In this document: positions 27,914 to 37,306 of the stretch, piece after piece
Position numbering within the stretch: position 1 is the first letter of the stretch
Layout: the number at the start of each line of letters is the position of its first letter
Source of the DNA: Promethearchaeia archaeon
GTDB taxonomy: Archaea; Asgardarchaeota; Lokiarchaeia; Sigyniarchaeales; SOKP01
Direction: 5' to 3'
Length of the DNA stretch: 64,000 nt
NCBI GenBank assembly: GCA_029856105.1
Contig: JAHQWH010000189.1
Span: 54,263-118,262 of the forward strand
Made by a program: the position numbers and the translations under genes
Notes under the pieces: model-generated
Seen by the model: the letters and a program-made list of their open reading frames with translations, nothing else
What the model was told of the DNA's origin: nothing
Databases searched by the model: none

Positions 27914-28617
27914 TTTTGAAATAACTTCTTTCTCACAAAGGATTTTTTGTTTGCAAGTTTTTTTAGTACCACTTCGGTAGATTCGTTAAGATCAAGTAAT
28001 CTTTTTAGAAATACCCCCGTTCTACCGTGTTTTTCTCTTTTTAAAAGAACTCTTTTTCGTTCATTAATTAAATCAATACTTACATTTACTTGTTTTGCTG
28101 CCAAATGTTCGTTTCCAATTATTGAATACTCTTCATGACCTTCTAAGGTAGGTTTAATTAATACTAATCTCTTGTCTATTCCAGGGACTCTGAGATTATC
28201 TTCTAATTGGTTTAGATTGACCTTTCCTCCAAAATCATAAAATTCCTCTGATTTTTTATCAAACTTAGATAATGGAATAGTAATACTCTCTAACTCGTTT
28301 AAATATATGTACAATTTTAATGTATCCGTTGGTGTTGCCATTATAATTTCTCTAAAGTAATTGTTGATACCATATTTTTCAAGAATAATTTCTATTTGAT
28401 AAGGTGGTATTAATTGTAAAAAGATAATATCGATATCACTATCCTTATGAACATCTCCACGAGCAACACTTCCGTAGATAAACGGGTTTAAACCTTCTTT
28501 TGTAAACATCTCCAGTAATTCTCTAGACCGTTTTCTTTTTTGATTTAAGAGATTCAAATGATCTCTAGAGTATGCTACGGTATTATAATAATCTCTTAAA
28601 ATTGTATCTTTTTTCAT
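27910..28617 (-). CDS. Pol-beta-superfamily nucleotidyltransferase (COG2413-like)
   Basis: YGSVARGDVHKDSDIDI, RVPGIDKRL, GRTGVF. Confidence 0.9.
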   Translation of the reverse strand: MKKDTILRDYYNTVAYSRDHLNLLNQKRKRSRELLEMFTKEGLNPFIYGSVARGDVHKDSDIDIIFLQLIPPYQIEIILEKYGINNYFREIIMATPTDTLKLYIYLNELESITIPLSKFDKKSEEFYDFGGKVNLNQLEDNLRVPGIDKRLVLIKPTLEGHEEYSIIGNEHLAAKQVNVSIDLINERKRVLLKREKHGRTGVFLKRLLDLNESTEVVLKKLANKKSFVRKKLFQK

Positions 28618-28623
28618 CAGAAA

Positions 28624-29478
28624 TTATTCTTTTTTCTCTAATTTACTTATATTATCTATGTTTTTTATTAATATGCTTAAAAGTACCGTTTCGTAATATT
28701 TGAATGTGCTTTTTGCTTTTTGAATGGTACGATATTTGAATTTATTTGAATTTTTCAGGGTTTTATCGCTTAAAATCTTCTTATTTGAATTCCTATTTTT
28801 TAAAAATGGATTTAAACGCTCACTGAAAATAATAAATAATTGGAACTGTGGATTTGAAACAGTTTCTAAAGTTTGCATAATTATATGATTAGCCAAATTT
28901 AACCGTGGATTAATTAAAATTAGTTTAATGTTGTTTGAATCTTTTGTAATAAAATTATAGGGAAAGCTTTTTTTATCAAAATTCACGACAACATATTTCT
29001 GACTCAATAATTGAAATTCTTGGTTATAAATCGAGAAAAATGAAGGTATAATTTGTTGAGATTCTCTTTTAATATCTCTAATCGCTTTATTTTTTCCTTT
29101 ATCAGCTTTTATTTTAAGCCAGATGTTAACTACATTAAAACCATAAGTGCTTAAACCTTCCGTCAATATTTTCAATAACATTTGTTTTCTATGCGTTCTT
29201 ATTATAAAAATTGTAGGTTTAGACGAGATTTCTTCTTGAATTACTTTGGATTTAGTCAAATTCCACTTTTTTATGTAAATTGAGGGGCGATTTAAGTTAA
29301 AACTAAGAGCCTTAACCGTTGTTCGCGTCAAAAACTCGTTTGACAAAGAAAACCTCCATCTATACGCTTCTTTAAATATTTTTACGCTGATTAGAAGTAA
29401 AACTAACAAAAATATTATGATGGTATCAACTAAAATCCAATCCACTCGAAAGATATCAAAGGCCATAAGATTATCCAA
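28624..29478 (-). CDS. Hypothetical membrane-anchored protein, possibly degenerate alpha/beta-hydrolase fold
   Basis: N-terminal TM helix; LSTYGFNVV and KLILINP segments; no GxSxG. Confidence 0.6.
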   Translation of the reverse strand: MDNLMAFDIFRVDWILVDTIIIFLLVLLLISVKIFKEAYRWRFSLSNEFLTRTTVKALSFNLNRPSIYIKKWNLTKSKVIQEEISSKPTIFIIRTHRKQMLLKILTEGLSTYGFNVVNIWLKIKADKGKNKAIRDIKRESQQIIPSFFSIYNQEFQLLSQKYVVVNFDKKSFPYNFITKDSNNIKLILINPRLNLANHIIMQTLETVSNPQFQLFIIFSERLNPFLKNRNSNKKILSDKTLKNSNKFKYRTIQKAKSTFKYYETVLLSILIKNIDNISKLEKKE

Positions 29479-29488
29479 CTTTTATTAA

Positions 29489-29803
29489 TTAATCTACAAC
29501 TTCACTAATCCAATTTAAATACGTTTCGGAACCCTTATTAATCTTCAAACCAATGCATTCCGGTTCAGAATAGGAATGAAGTTCTTTAACTTTCTGAATT
29601 ATTAATTCTCCCTTGCTTTCCTTAGTTTTAATTATTAATAGATGTTCGTTGTCCTCTTCAATATTTCCTTTCCACGAATAAATTGATAGTATATTTTGAA
29701 TTATGTTTACGCATGCGGCTAGCTTACTTTTAACCAAAACTCTTGCTATTTTTTTACCTTCTTCAATATTTGGAACTGTAACTAAAAAAACATAAAAATC
29801 CAT
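29489..29803 (-). CDS. cutA: Divalent-cation tolerance protein CutA
   Basis: LAACVNI, SIYSWKG, HSYSEPE, YLNW. Confidence 0.95.
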   Translation of the reverse strand: MDFYVFLVTVPNIEEGKKIARVLVKSKLAACVNIIQNILSIYSWKGNIEEDNEHLLIIKTKESKGELIIQKVKELHSYSEPECIGLKINKGSETYLNWISEVVD

Positions 29804-29935
29804 TTTAATCCCTTAGTCGTTATATCTAATATTTTATAATGTACATCTTAATTTCAATTTATTTAAGAAATTAGCGCCATTAGAAAATTGATTTATTCTG
29901 TAGTATTTAAATACATTATTTTGAATACATTATAA

Positions 29936-30568
29936 ATGATAATCTCTTTTTTTTTAATCACAATCAATCAACCTATAAATAATTTAGAAGAATGGCTAAA
30001 AGTGATTGATAATTCTTTTATTGCATTTAATTCCTTTGTAGAATTGTTATTTGGGTATTTTAAATACATTTTTTTTGGAATTTTATTAATTATTGGAATT
30101 TTAACTCTGTTAAGTTTAAGAGGTACTTACTTTTTAGAAAGAATCAGATATAGTAAGGAAGAAAAGTTAGAAGATAATCCTATGACTAAACCACGATTAA
30201 TCTTAGGCACAAGTTATATTATAATATCTTTTGGAATTCTATTCGATTGGTTCACATACTTTTTGATTGTTGTTTTAGATCCCTTGCCAGATCGTCTAAT
30301 TTTCAATTTTATCCAATTATCGGATACAATTAACCTGTTTGATCTCAACAGAATTTCTGATATTAGTCAAGTAATTTACCCATACGAGAAAACAATATAT
30401 TACATCGTTGCTTTATTCTCACTTGGTGCCATAATAGATATAACAATAAACATTTGTCAGATAATTAACGCTCGAAAAAGCGTAAGGAAATATTTTTTTT
30501 TTTTAATCGGTGGAATCGTAGACGGGATATTAACTGGCTTTACAACTTGCCTTCCATTATTCCTTTAA
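29936..30568 (+). CDS. Hypothetical multi-pass membrane protein
   Basis: About 4 hydrophobic segments. Confidence 0.75.
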   Translation: MIISFFLITINQPINNLEEWLKVIDNSFIAFNSFVELLFGYFKYIFFGILLIIGILTLLSLRGTYFLERIRYSKEEKLEDNPMTKPRLILGTSYIIISFGILFDWFTYFLIVVLDPLPDRLIFNFIQLSDTINLFDLNRISDISQVIYPYEKTIYYIVALFSLGAIIDITINICQIINARKSVRKYFFFLIGGIVDGILTGFTTCLPLFL

Positions 30569-30688
30569 TTAAAATTTCCCTTTTTCTTATTTTTTTTTGA
30601 TTTTAAAACCGGTTTTAACAAAAAATGAAGATATAAATTATTAAAATTTATATAAATAATAAAAAAAAAATTATTATACTTTGAGGAG

Positions 30689-31420
30689 TTGATTGTAATC
30701 CTTCACAACGTTTACCTAATATCAAATTTTACGGGCATTTGTTTAGTTCATAGGAAGTATGGGACTATAGAGTTTAACCAAGATTTAGTATCTGGTTTTT
30801 TAACAGCATTAAAAGATTTTTCAGTAGAGTTCTCGAAAGGATCGGGCGAATTGAAAATCATTGATATGCAAATATTTTATCTCCTTCTTGTTTTTAAGGA
30901 AGGAATCCTGTGCACAGCAGCAGCTGATAAAAATGATGATGCAAAAATAACCCATAAAGTTCTTAGTGAGATTATAGATAACTTCCTGGAAAAGTTTGGA
31001 AACCTAATGGACTGGTCAGGAGATGTCAGGATGTTCAAGGGTTTTGAAAATGTTATGGATGTTATGCTAAAGGACGGTCATGTGTCAGAAGTCCCCTTAA
31101 AGATTCCCATCCTGAAGATATTTGAGAAAGATTTTGTAAAATCACGGAAGCAGATCGCTAAAAAAGGACTGGTATTGTCAGAAGAGGATTTAAGGGACGC
31201 TCAGAACCAGAAACCGATGTGGACATCAAAGCGACTTCCCTCCCAAGTAATTACACAAGGATTCTTGAATAAGGAACAATTTAAAATTGCTCATTTAGCG
31301 GATGGATTTCACACTATTTCGGATATCGCGGAGGAAGCAGGGGTGCCACGATCAGAGATAGATGTAATGATCGATGATCTGGATGACTTAGGGCTTTTAA
31401 AGTTTATCGATATTAAATAA
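30689..31420 (+). CDS. Longin-like domain protein with C-terminal winged helix
   Basis: VYLIS..TGICLVHRKY...DLVSGFLTALKDFS.E (Asgard longin pattern); C-terminal ADGFHTISDIAEEAGVP...LDDLGLL. Confidence 0.8.
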   Translation: MIVILHNVYLISNFTGICLVHRKYGTIEFNQDLVSGFLTALKDFSVEFSKGSGELKIIDMQIFYLLLVFKEGILCTAAADKNDDAKITHKVLSEIIDNFLEKFGNLMDWSGDVRMFKGFENVMDVMLKDGHVSEVPLKIPILKIFEKDFVKSRKQIAKKGLVLSEEDLRDAQNQKPMWTSKRLPSQVITQGFLNKEQFKIAHLADGFHTISDIAEEAGVPRSEIDVMIDDLDDLGLLKFIDIK

Positions 31421-31592
31421 GCAGTAATGGTTTTCTTTTTATCTAATTTCGGGAAATAAGAAATTGGGTTTAATTTTAAATTCCTCATTATATTTTAAAA
31501 AAAAATCTTCGATAAGATTTTTTAAATTATTTCTTGGTTTTAAAAGTCGTAAACATAAAATTTATGAAAATAATTTCACTTATTTAGTTAGT

Positions 31593-33065
31593 ATGAATGT
31601 AATTAAGATTGATGAGAACATTTACGAAATACCGCCAAAAACTTTAATGGCGCGTGTAGAAGGCAAAATCGCGAAGTTTCAAATGAAAGTGCCGGTACAT
31701 ATTTATGCGAACGAGTACATATTGGAAAAGATCAAGAACGACAGAACGCTTGATCAGATTAGCAACGTTGCTTGTCTTCCAGGAATACAGAAGCATGCAA
31801 TTGCGCTCTCCGATGCTCATCAAGGATATGGATTTTGTATAGGGGGTGTTGCTGGAACTGACGCCGAATCGGGTATGATTTCGCCGGGGGGTGTAGGATA
31901 CGATATTAATTGTGGTGTAAGGTTATTAAGGACAAACCTTCACCTTAAAGACATCAATAGCTCAATTCCCAGTTTATTAAATGTTATTTTTAAGAATATA
32001 CCATCAGGTTTAGGAAGTAAAGGTAAATTAAATATAAGTTATTCAGATTTAGATAATGTATTAGATAATGGTTTGAATTGGGCTTTAGAAAATGGTTATG
32101 CGATTGAAGAGGATATATTGCACTGTGAAGAAAACGGTTTTTTAAAGGATGCTAATTCAAAAGTGGTTTCCCAGAAAGCTAAGCAGAGGGGGTTAAAGCA
32201 ACTTGGTTCTTTAGGAAGTGGCAATCATTTTATAGAAATCCAGAAGGTTGATAAAATCTACAATGATTCTATCGCAAAAAAATTAGGAATTTTTGATAAG
32301 GATCAAATAACAGTTATGGTTCATACAGGGTCGCGAGCTCTTGGTCATCAAGTATGCACCGATTCTTTACGAAATGTCGAACAGGCAATGAAAAAATACG
32401 ATATCAAAGTTCCTGATCGCGAATTAGCTTGTGTACCAGCTGATACTCCCGAAGCAAAAAATTATTTAAGTAGCATGGCGTCTGCTGCAAATTTTGGGTT
32501 CAACAACCGTCAATTAATTACCCATTGGTTAAGACAATCTTTTCAAGATTATTTTAGAAAGAGTTTAGACGAGCTAGACTTTAAATTAATTTATGGTGTA
32601 TGTCATAATATTTTAAAAATAGAGGAACACGAAGTTAATGGTAAAAAAATGAAATTAAATGTTCATAGAAAAGGAGCAACCAGAGCTTTTCCACCAGGAC
32701 ACCGAGATCTACCGCAAGATTATAAAAATATTGGTCAACCAGCTTTGATTCCTGGTACTATGGGATCAGCTTCCTACTTATGCGTTGGAAGGCCAAAAGC
32801 GATGGATCTTTCTTTTGGATCCACCGCTCATGGATCTGGTAGAGTAATGTCAAGATCCAAAGCTAAAAAAATATATTGGGGTTCTAAAGTTAAAGAAGAT
32901 TTAAAAAATAGAGGAATAATTGTTAAAGCTGCTTCACCTAAAATAATTGCTGAGGAAGCTCCAGGGGCATACAAAGATATAGATCAAGTAGTACAAGTAA
33001 GTCAAGACCTTGGAATCATAGAAAAAATTGTAAGGTTAATCCCAATAGGGGTTGTAAAAGGTTAA
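31593..33065 (+). CDS. rtcB: tRNA-splicing ligase RtcB
   Basis: DAHQGYGFCIGG, GGVGYDINCG, GSGNHF, HTGSR, HRKGAT, HGSGR, EEAPGAYKD; ATG at 31593 preferred over TTG at 31464. Confidence 0.97.
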   Translation: MNVIKIDENIYEIPPKTLMARVEGKIAKFQMKVPVHIYANEYILEKIKNDRTLDQISNVACLPGIQKHAIALSDAHQGYGFCIGGVAGTDAESGMISPGGVGYDINCGVRLLRTNLHLKDINSSIPSLLNVIFKNIPSGLGSKGKLNISYSDLDNVLDNGLNWALENGYAIEEDILHCEENGFLKDANSKVVSQKAKQRGLKQLGSLGSGNHFIEIQKVDKIYNDSIAKKLGIFDKDQITVMVHTGSRALGHQVCTDSLRNVEQAMKKYDIKVPDRELACVPADTPEAKNYLSSMASAANFGFNNRQLITHWLRQSFQDYFRKSLDELDFKLIYGVCHNILKIEEHEVNGKKMKLNVHRKGATRAFPPGHRDLPQDYKNIGQPALIPGTMGSASYLCVGRPKAMDLSFGSTAHGSGRVMSRSKAKKIYWGSKVKEDLKNRGIIVKAASPKIIAEEAPGAYKDIDQVVQVSQDLGIIEKIVRLIPIGVVKG

Positions 33066-33110
33066 ATTTTTATTTTATTTATTTTCCTATATGAAAAAAT
33101 TATTTTAAAG

Positions 33111-33548
33111 TTAAATATCAAATACTATATCAATTATGGTGCTTGCGTGTTTTTCTACTATATTCATAAAGGAATAAGTTATAGCCTTAACTTCAATTCC
33201 TATTTCGTGTTTATCCAAATCGAATTTTTCACCTTTTAGAGTAGCTTGCAACTTGTAATTATCGTTGAATTTTTCAATTTTACTTACATAGATTTGACTA
33301 AAAACAAGCTCATCTACATCAAAAATATACAAAAATTCCGAGAGAAAATCAAATAATAGGGCTTCTTTATCCTCAGCCTTAATTGTTATTTTTTTTTCGA
33401 TTTTAGGAGTTATTTTTTTTAAGTCTGGCGTTATAGTCGCCATTAAACTATAAGCGGTTTGCGAAAAGGCTTCTTCTAATGATGAGCCCCAACTTCTTAC
33501 CTGAACATCTGCAGTATGCTCTCTAAACTCAAATCCGGCTTTTTTCAT
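33111..33548 (-). CDS. Archease (RtcB cofactor)
   Basis: EHTADV, EVKAITY, C-terminal FDI; adjacent to rtcB. Confidence 0.95.
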   Translation of the reverse strand: MKKAGFEFREHTADVQVRSWGSSLEEAFSQTAYSLMATITPDLKKITPKIEKKITIKAEDKEALLFDFLSEFLYIFDVDELVFSQIYVSKIEKFNDNYKLQATLKGEKFDLDKHEIGIEVKAITYSFMNIVEKHASTIIDIVFDI

Positions 33549-33668
33549 ACGAATCGTATTATTTTTAGTATAGATTTACTATAAATAGTCTCGTTTAAAA
33601 TTAAATCTTTTGTTGTTTAATTTAATTTTCCTAGGAGTTTAAAATAATAGGTCTGAAATTGTAATTAT

Positions 33669-34184
33669 ATGTTGAGTACAATTCAAAGTATGTTTATTGA
33701 TAACTTGCTTCTTTATCAAAAATTGGATATGAGAAAAATATTTTCTAACAATGAACTTTTACTTTTTCACTTCTTCCATGATATAACCAACATTTTTCCC
33801 CATAACATTATTATCGTTAAAGATATTGTGTTTTTCTTCCTTGATAACGAAAATTATTTTGAAGCGAAAATGAAATTGCCATACCTTCGAAAGAAATTTC
33901 AGCACAGAAGAATTGTCCTTGTTCGGGAAGAAAATATATTAGTTAATTTGATTTTTGGTTTTTTTCCTGATCCATATATTCATAAATTAAGAATAGAAAG
34001 AAATATTTATACTGGAAAAATAGAAATTATTGTGGGATTTCTCTCTTACGAAGAACGAGGAATTGCAGTAGGTTGTAATGGCGATTATATTAAAGCTGTG
34101 AACGAAATCTTCGATACTCAGATTAAGTTTGCGGAATATCAAGGATTTCCGGTAAGAATAAAATGTGAAGTAGTTAAGTTATAA
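33669..34184 (+). CDS. Divergent archaeal NusA-like KH-domain protein
   Basis: C-terminal KH motif ERGIAVGCNGDYIK; first KH domain lacks GxxG. Confidence 0.6.
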   Translation: MLSTIQSMFIDNLLLYQKLDMRKIFSNNELLLFHFFHDITNIFPHNIIIVKDIVFFFLDNENYFEAKMKLPYLRKKFQHRRIVLVREENILVNLIFGFFPDPYIHKLRIERNIYTGKIEIIVGFLSYEERGIAVGCNGDYIKAVNEIFDTQIKFAEYQGFPVRIKCEVVKL

Positions 34185-34190
34185 ATGAAA

Positions 34191-34970
34191 TTACCAAGGA
34201 ACATCTTTTAATTTTATTAGATAAGCAATTGTGTTAGCAATAAGGCTAACAGACGGAGTTAGAATTAGTAGAAAAATTATAATATTGATATCTGGGATAA
34301 CATAAAAACCCGGAAAAAATAAAGCAGGTATTGAGGCAAAAACAATAGCCCCTACAGCAAAATCTAATTGATCTACAACCCAAAAAGGTGCGCCACTTTT
34401 TATATTAAACCTTCTCTTGAGAAAAGATCCTGCTAAGTCTCCAAATGCAGCACCGTACGAGCAAAAAATTATTCTAAAGCCCAGCATCAATATCCCTATT
34501 GGAAAAGGTCCACCTATAAAATAATACTGATAATAGGAAATGTCAGAGTACAATTTATAAATCCCTAATGTTGCTCCCGTTATTGGGATCTGTTGTATAG
34601 CGGGCCAAAGCACTATAAATAGCAAAAACAATGCGCAACTTAATGGAATACCAATGAATAACGGTCCTTTAATAAGTCCAGAAACGGTTTTATGATCTCC
34701 TAACATTCTTCTTCCATCACGCCAATTTTTTCCACGATCTAAAGGTTTTCCGCCGCCAACGATGACCATTCCAGCATTCGAGAAATATGCGGGAACGATA
34801 AAAAGCATGCTAAATATAAGGGTCGCCACCCAATCGGACCAAGTAAATAATACGGAAACAATTAAAAAGTTTAAAAATAGTAAGCACATAAAAATTACAG
34901 TTAAAAGTATTGCAAATTTTATATTTCTTCTCTTGTTATCTCTCTTATCACTATGTGTCGACATTATCAT
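34191..34970 (-). CDS. carS: CDP-archaeol synthase
   Basis: PAYFSNA, PLD.G..W.DGRR.LGDHKT..G, GDL.GSFLKRR, DQLDF, LKDVPW. Confidence 0.94.
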   Translation of the reverse strand: MIMSTHSDKRDNKRRNIKFAILLTVIFMCLLFLNFLIVSVLFTWSDWVATLIFSMLFIVPAYFSNAGMVIVGGGKPLDRGKNWRDGRRMLGDHKTVSGLIKGPLFIGIPLSCALFLLFIVLWPAIQQIPITGATLGIYKLYSDISYYQYYFIGGPFPIGILMLGFRIIFCSYGAAFGDLAGSFLKRRFNIKSGAPFWVVDQLDFAVGAIVFASIPALFFPGFYVIPDINIIIFLLILTPSVSLIANTIAYLIKLKDVPW

Positions 34971-35204
34971 TCCTATAAATAAAAAATTAGATTGAATAAT
35001 TTTTAATTAAAATTAAATTTTGGTAAATATAACTGAATATACTAAACCCTTAATAATATTGCTCCTTAAATAATTATCTTTTAATATTCCGACAATAATA
35101 ATATAAATTATTGCTTAGATTGTTGCAAATCGAATAAAACGAGAAAAATGTATTAAAGCTTTAACATTTTATCAATAATTTTTCGATTAATAATTAAGTT
35201 TAAA

Positions 35205-35251
35205 TAGAGTGGAATCGAAATATTTTATTATGCGATATTTCGAGTGGAAAC
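35205..35251 (+). promoter_or_regulatory. Two mini-ORB-like motifs upstream of cdc6
   Basis: TAGAGTGGAATC (35205-35216) and TTTCGAGTGGAAAC (35238-35251) resemble the ORB core TTCCAGTGGAAAC; preceded by an AT-rich tract. Confidence 0.45.
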
Positions 35252-35271
35252 TATATTCATGGTGTGATTAA

Positions 35272-36594
35272 ATGTTGACGAATCAAAACGGTAATAACAC
35301 ATATTCTTTTAATATCGATAAGTTTTACCGAAATTACTTAAAAGGTCCAAATCTTTTTAGGAAGCGCGAAGCTCTCGAACCTTCATTCATTCCTGATGAA
35401 TTACCACATCGAAACTCTGAGATTGAAAAGATTGCGGGTATAACTGCGTGTGCTTTAAAAGGGGATGTTCCACCCAATTTCTTATGTTATGGGATGACTG
35501 GAACGGGTAAAACTGCCACCGTCCGTTATGTTTCACAAAAATTAGCTCAACATTGCACTAATAATCCTCCATGGTGGATATATATCAATTGTACTGTAGT
35601 TTCAACGCCTTATAGAATTCTAGCTCATATCTATAACACTATTGTCGGAAGAGAGAAAATCCCAGCGACGGGTTTGCCTAAAGATGTTATTCTCAAAAAA
35701 TTACTTGGTTTATTGGATCAAAAAGTTAAAAATAGTGTATGCTTTCTTGTTTTAGATGAAATCGATATCTTAATAGAAAAAAAAGGAGGAAATGAAATTC
35801 TTTATACTTTAACTAGACTTAATGAAAGCTTAGATTTATGTAGAACAAGTGTTATTGGAATCTCTAACAAACTAAAGTTTATGGAATATTTAGATTCAAG
35901 AGTTACATCGAATTTAGATGAAGAAGAACCAATTGTTTTTCACCCTTATAATGCAAACGAATTGGCAGATATTCTAAAATTAAGAGCTAAGATTGCATTT
36001 CATGAAGGTATTATCGAAGAAGGGGTAATAAAGTTGTGTGCGGGGCTCGCTGCAAGGGAGCATGGAGATGCAAGAAAGGCACTACAATTACTAAGAAAAG
36101 CAGGAGAGATTGCGGAAAGAAATCAAAACAAAAAAATTTTTGAAAAACATGTAGAAAATGCCCAAAAAGATATTGATAAGGATCACATCGTCGAATATAT
36201 GTTATCAATGCCACTTCAAGCTCAATTAACGTTAACAGCTATTTTTTTGTTATCTAAGTATACCCGAGAACACATAATAACTTCGGGAGATATTTACGAT
36301 GTTCATTCAGAACTTACAAATAAAGTTCCGGGCGTGAAACAATTAACTCATAGAAGAATAAGTGATTATATTAATGAGTTAGCATTATCAGGTTTAATTA
36401 CTGCCAACACGAGGTCTATGGGACATTATGGGCGCACTAAAATAATAAATCTCGATATAGAAAGTGAGTTAGTAGAACGAGTTTTATCTCAAATTAAGAA
36501 AATACAGGATTATAAATTGTTAAATTACAAACCTATTTTGCTTCAAACTGATAAAGTTAAAGTAAAGAATATTGTTTTTAAAAAGTTAATTTAA
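35272..36594 (+). CDS. cdc6: Orc1/Cdc6 replication initiator
   Basis: PDELPHR, YGMTGTGKT, YINC, LDEID, HGDARKAL, C-terminal wHTH with GHYGRT. Confidence 0.96.
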   Translation: MLTNQNGNNTYSFNIDKFYRNYLKGPNLFRKREALEPSFIPDELPHRNSEIEKIAGITACALKGDVPPNFLCYGMTGTGKTATVRYVSQKLAQHCTNNPPWWIYINCTVVSTPYRILAHIYNTIVGREKIPATGLPKDVILKKLLGLLDQKVKNSVCFLVLDEIDILIEKKGGNEILYTLTRLNESLDLCRTSVIGISNKLKFMEYLDSRVTSNLDEEEPIVFHPYNANELADILKLRAKIAFHEGIIEEGVIKLCAGLAAREHGDARKALQLLRKAGEIAERNQNKKIFEKHVENAQKDIDKDHIVEYMLSMPLQAQLTLTAIFLLSKYTREHIITSGDIYDVHSELTNKVPGVKQLTHRRISDYINELALSGLITANTRSMGHYGRTKIINLDIESELVERVLSQIKKIQDYKLLNYKPILLQTDKVKVKNIVFKKLI

Positions 36595-37274
36595 CTTAAA
36601 AAATCCCAATTATTAATTTCATTAGTAATACTTTCAAGAAAAAATGAAGCCGATTTTTCATTTTTTTTCTTTAAAAGTAAAAATAACTTTGCTAAATGTT
36701 TACAGAATTTTTTGTTCTCAGCTCTATTAGTTTGGAAATCATGGCAATTATGCTTAATGAATTTATCATTTATGGATATTTCAATATTATATGGAGCATC
36801 TTTAGAGCCTTTAACTTCAGCTTTAATGATCTTACCCTTAGGATCGAATTTAATTATATTAAATGCGCTATCTGATACGGTGACTGCTCTGTTTATAGTT
36901 CCTTTATCTAAAAACGCTTTTAATAGAGTATTAAACTTATTTAAATTATTTTTATCAAAGTTATCTATTTCTTGTGTTTCCTTTTTGGAAGATTCGATTT
37001 TTTTTAAAATTTGAGCTTTTCTTTTTATGTGCCAATTCTTTAATTTTTGTTCTAAATTATTTGATAATTTAAACATATTGTTAGGGATTTCTATTAAAAA
37101 ATTGTTGTCAATAACCTTTTGTATGAATTGATTTGCGCCGTTAGGTGAAAAAAGGAATAATTCAAACGATAATTCATACAGTAAGTCACTTAGAGATATA
37201 GATGGGAGCTCAATAATTTTCCAAATATATAAAACCATCTCAGAATTGTTATTTCTTGGGATTGCAAAGTTCAC
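36591..37274 (-). CDS. SWIM zinc-finger protein with N-terminal helical domain
   Basis: VKGS..PY.I...HNCHDF...FCKHL. Confidence 0.8.
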   Translation of the reverse strand: MNFAIPRNNNSEMVLYIWKIIELPSISLSDLLYELSFELFLFSPNGANQFIQKVIDNNFLIEIPNNMFKLSNNLEQKLKNWHIKRKAQILKKIESSKKETQEIDNFDKNNLNKFNTLLKAFLDKGTINRAVTVSDSAFNIIKFDPKGKIIKAEVKGSKDAPYNIEISINDKFIKHNCHDFQTNRAENKKFCKHLAKLFLLLKKKNEKSASFFLESITNEINNWDFLS

Positions 37275-37306
37275 TTAAAACTACCTATTTCATTTTATTT
37301 TAACAA

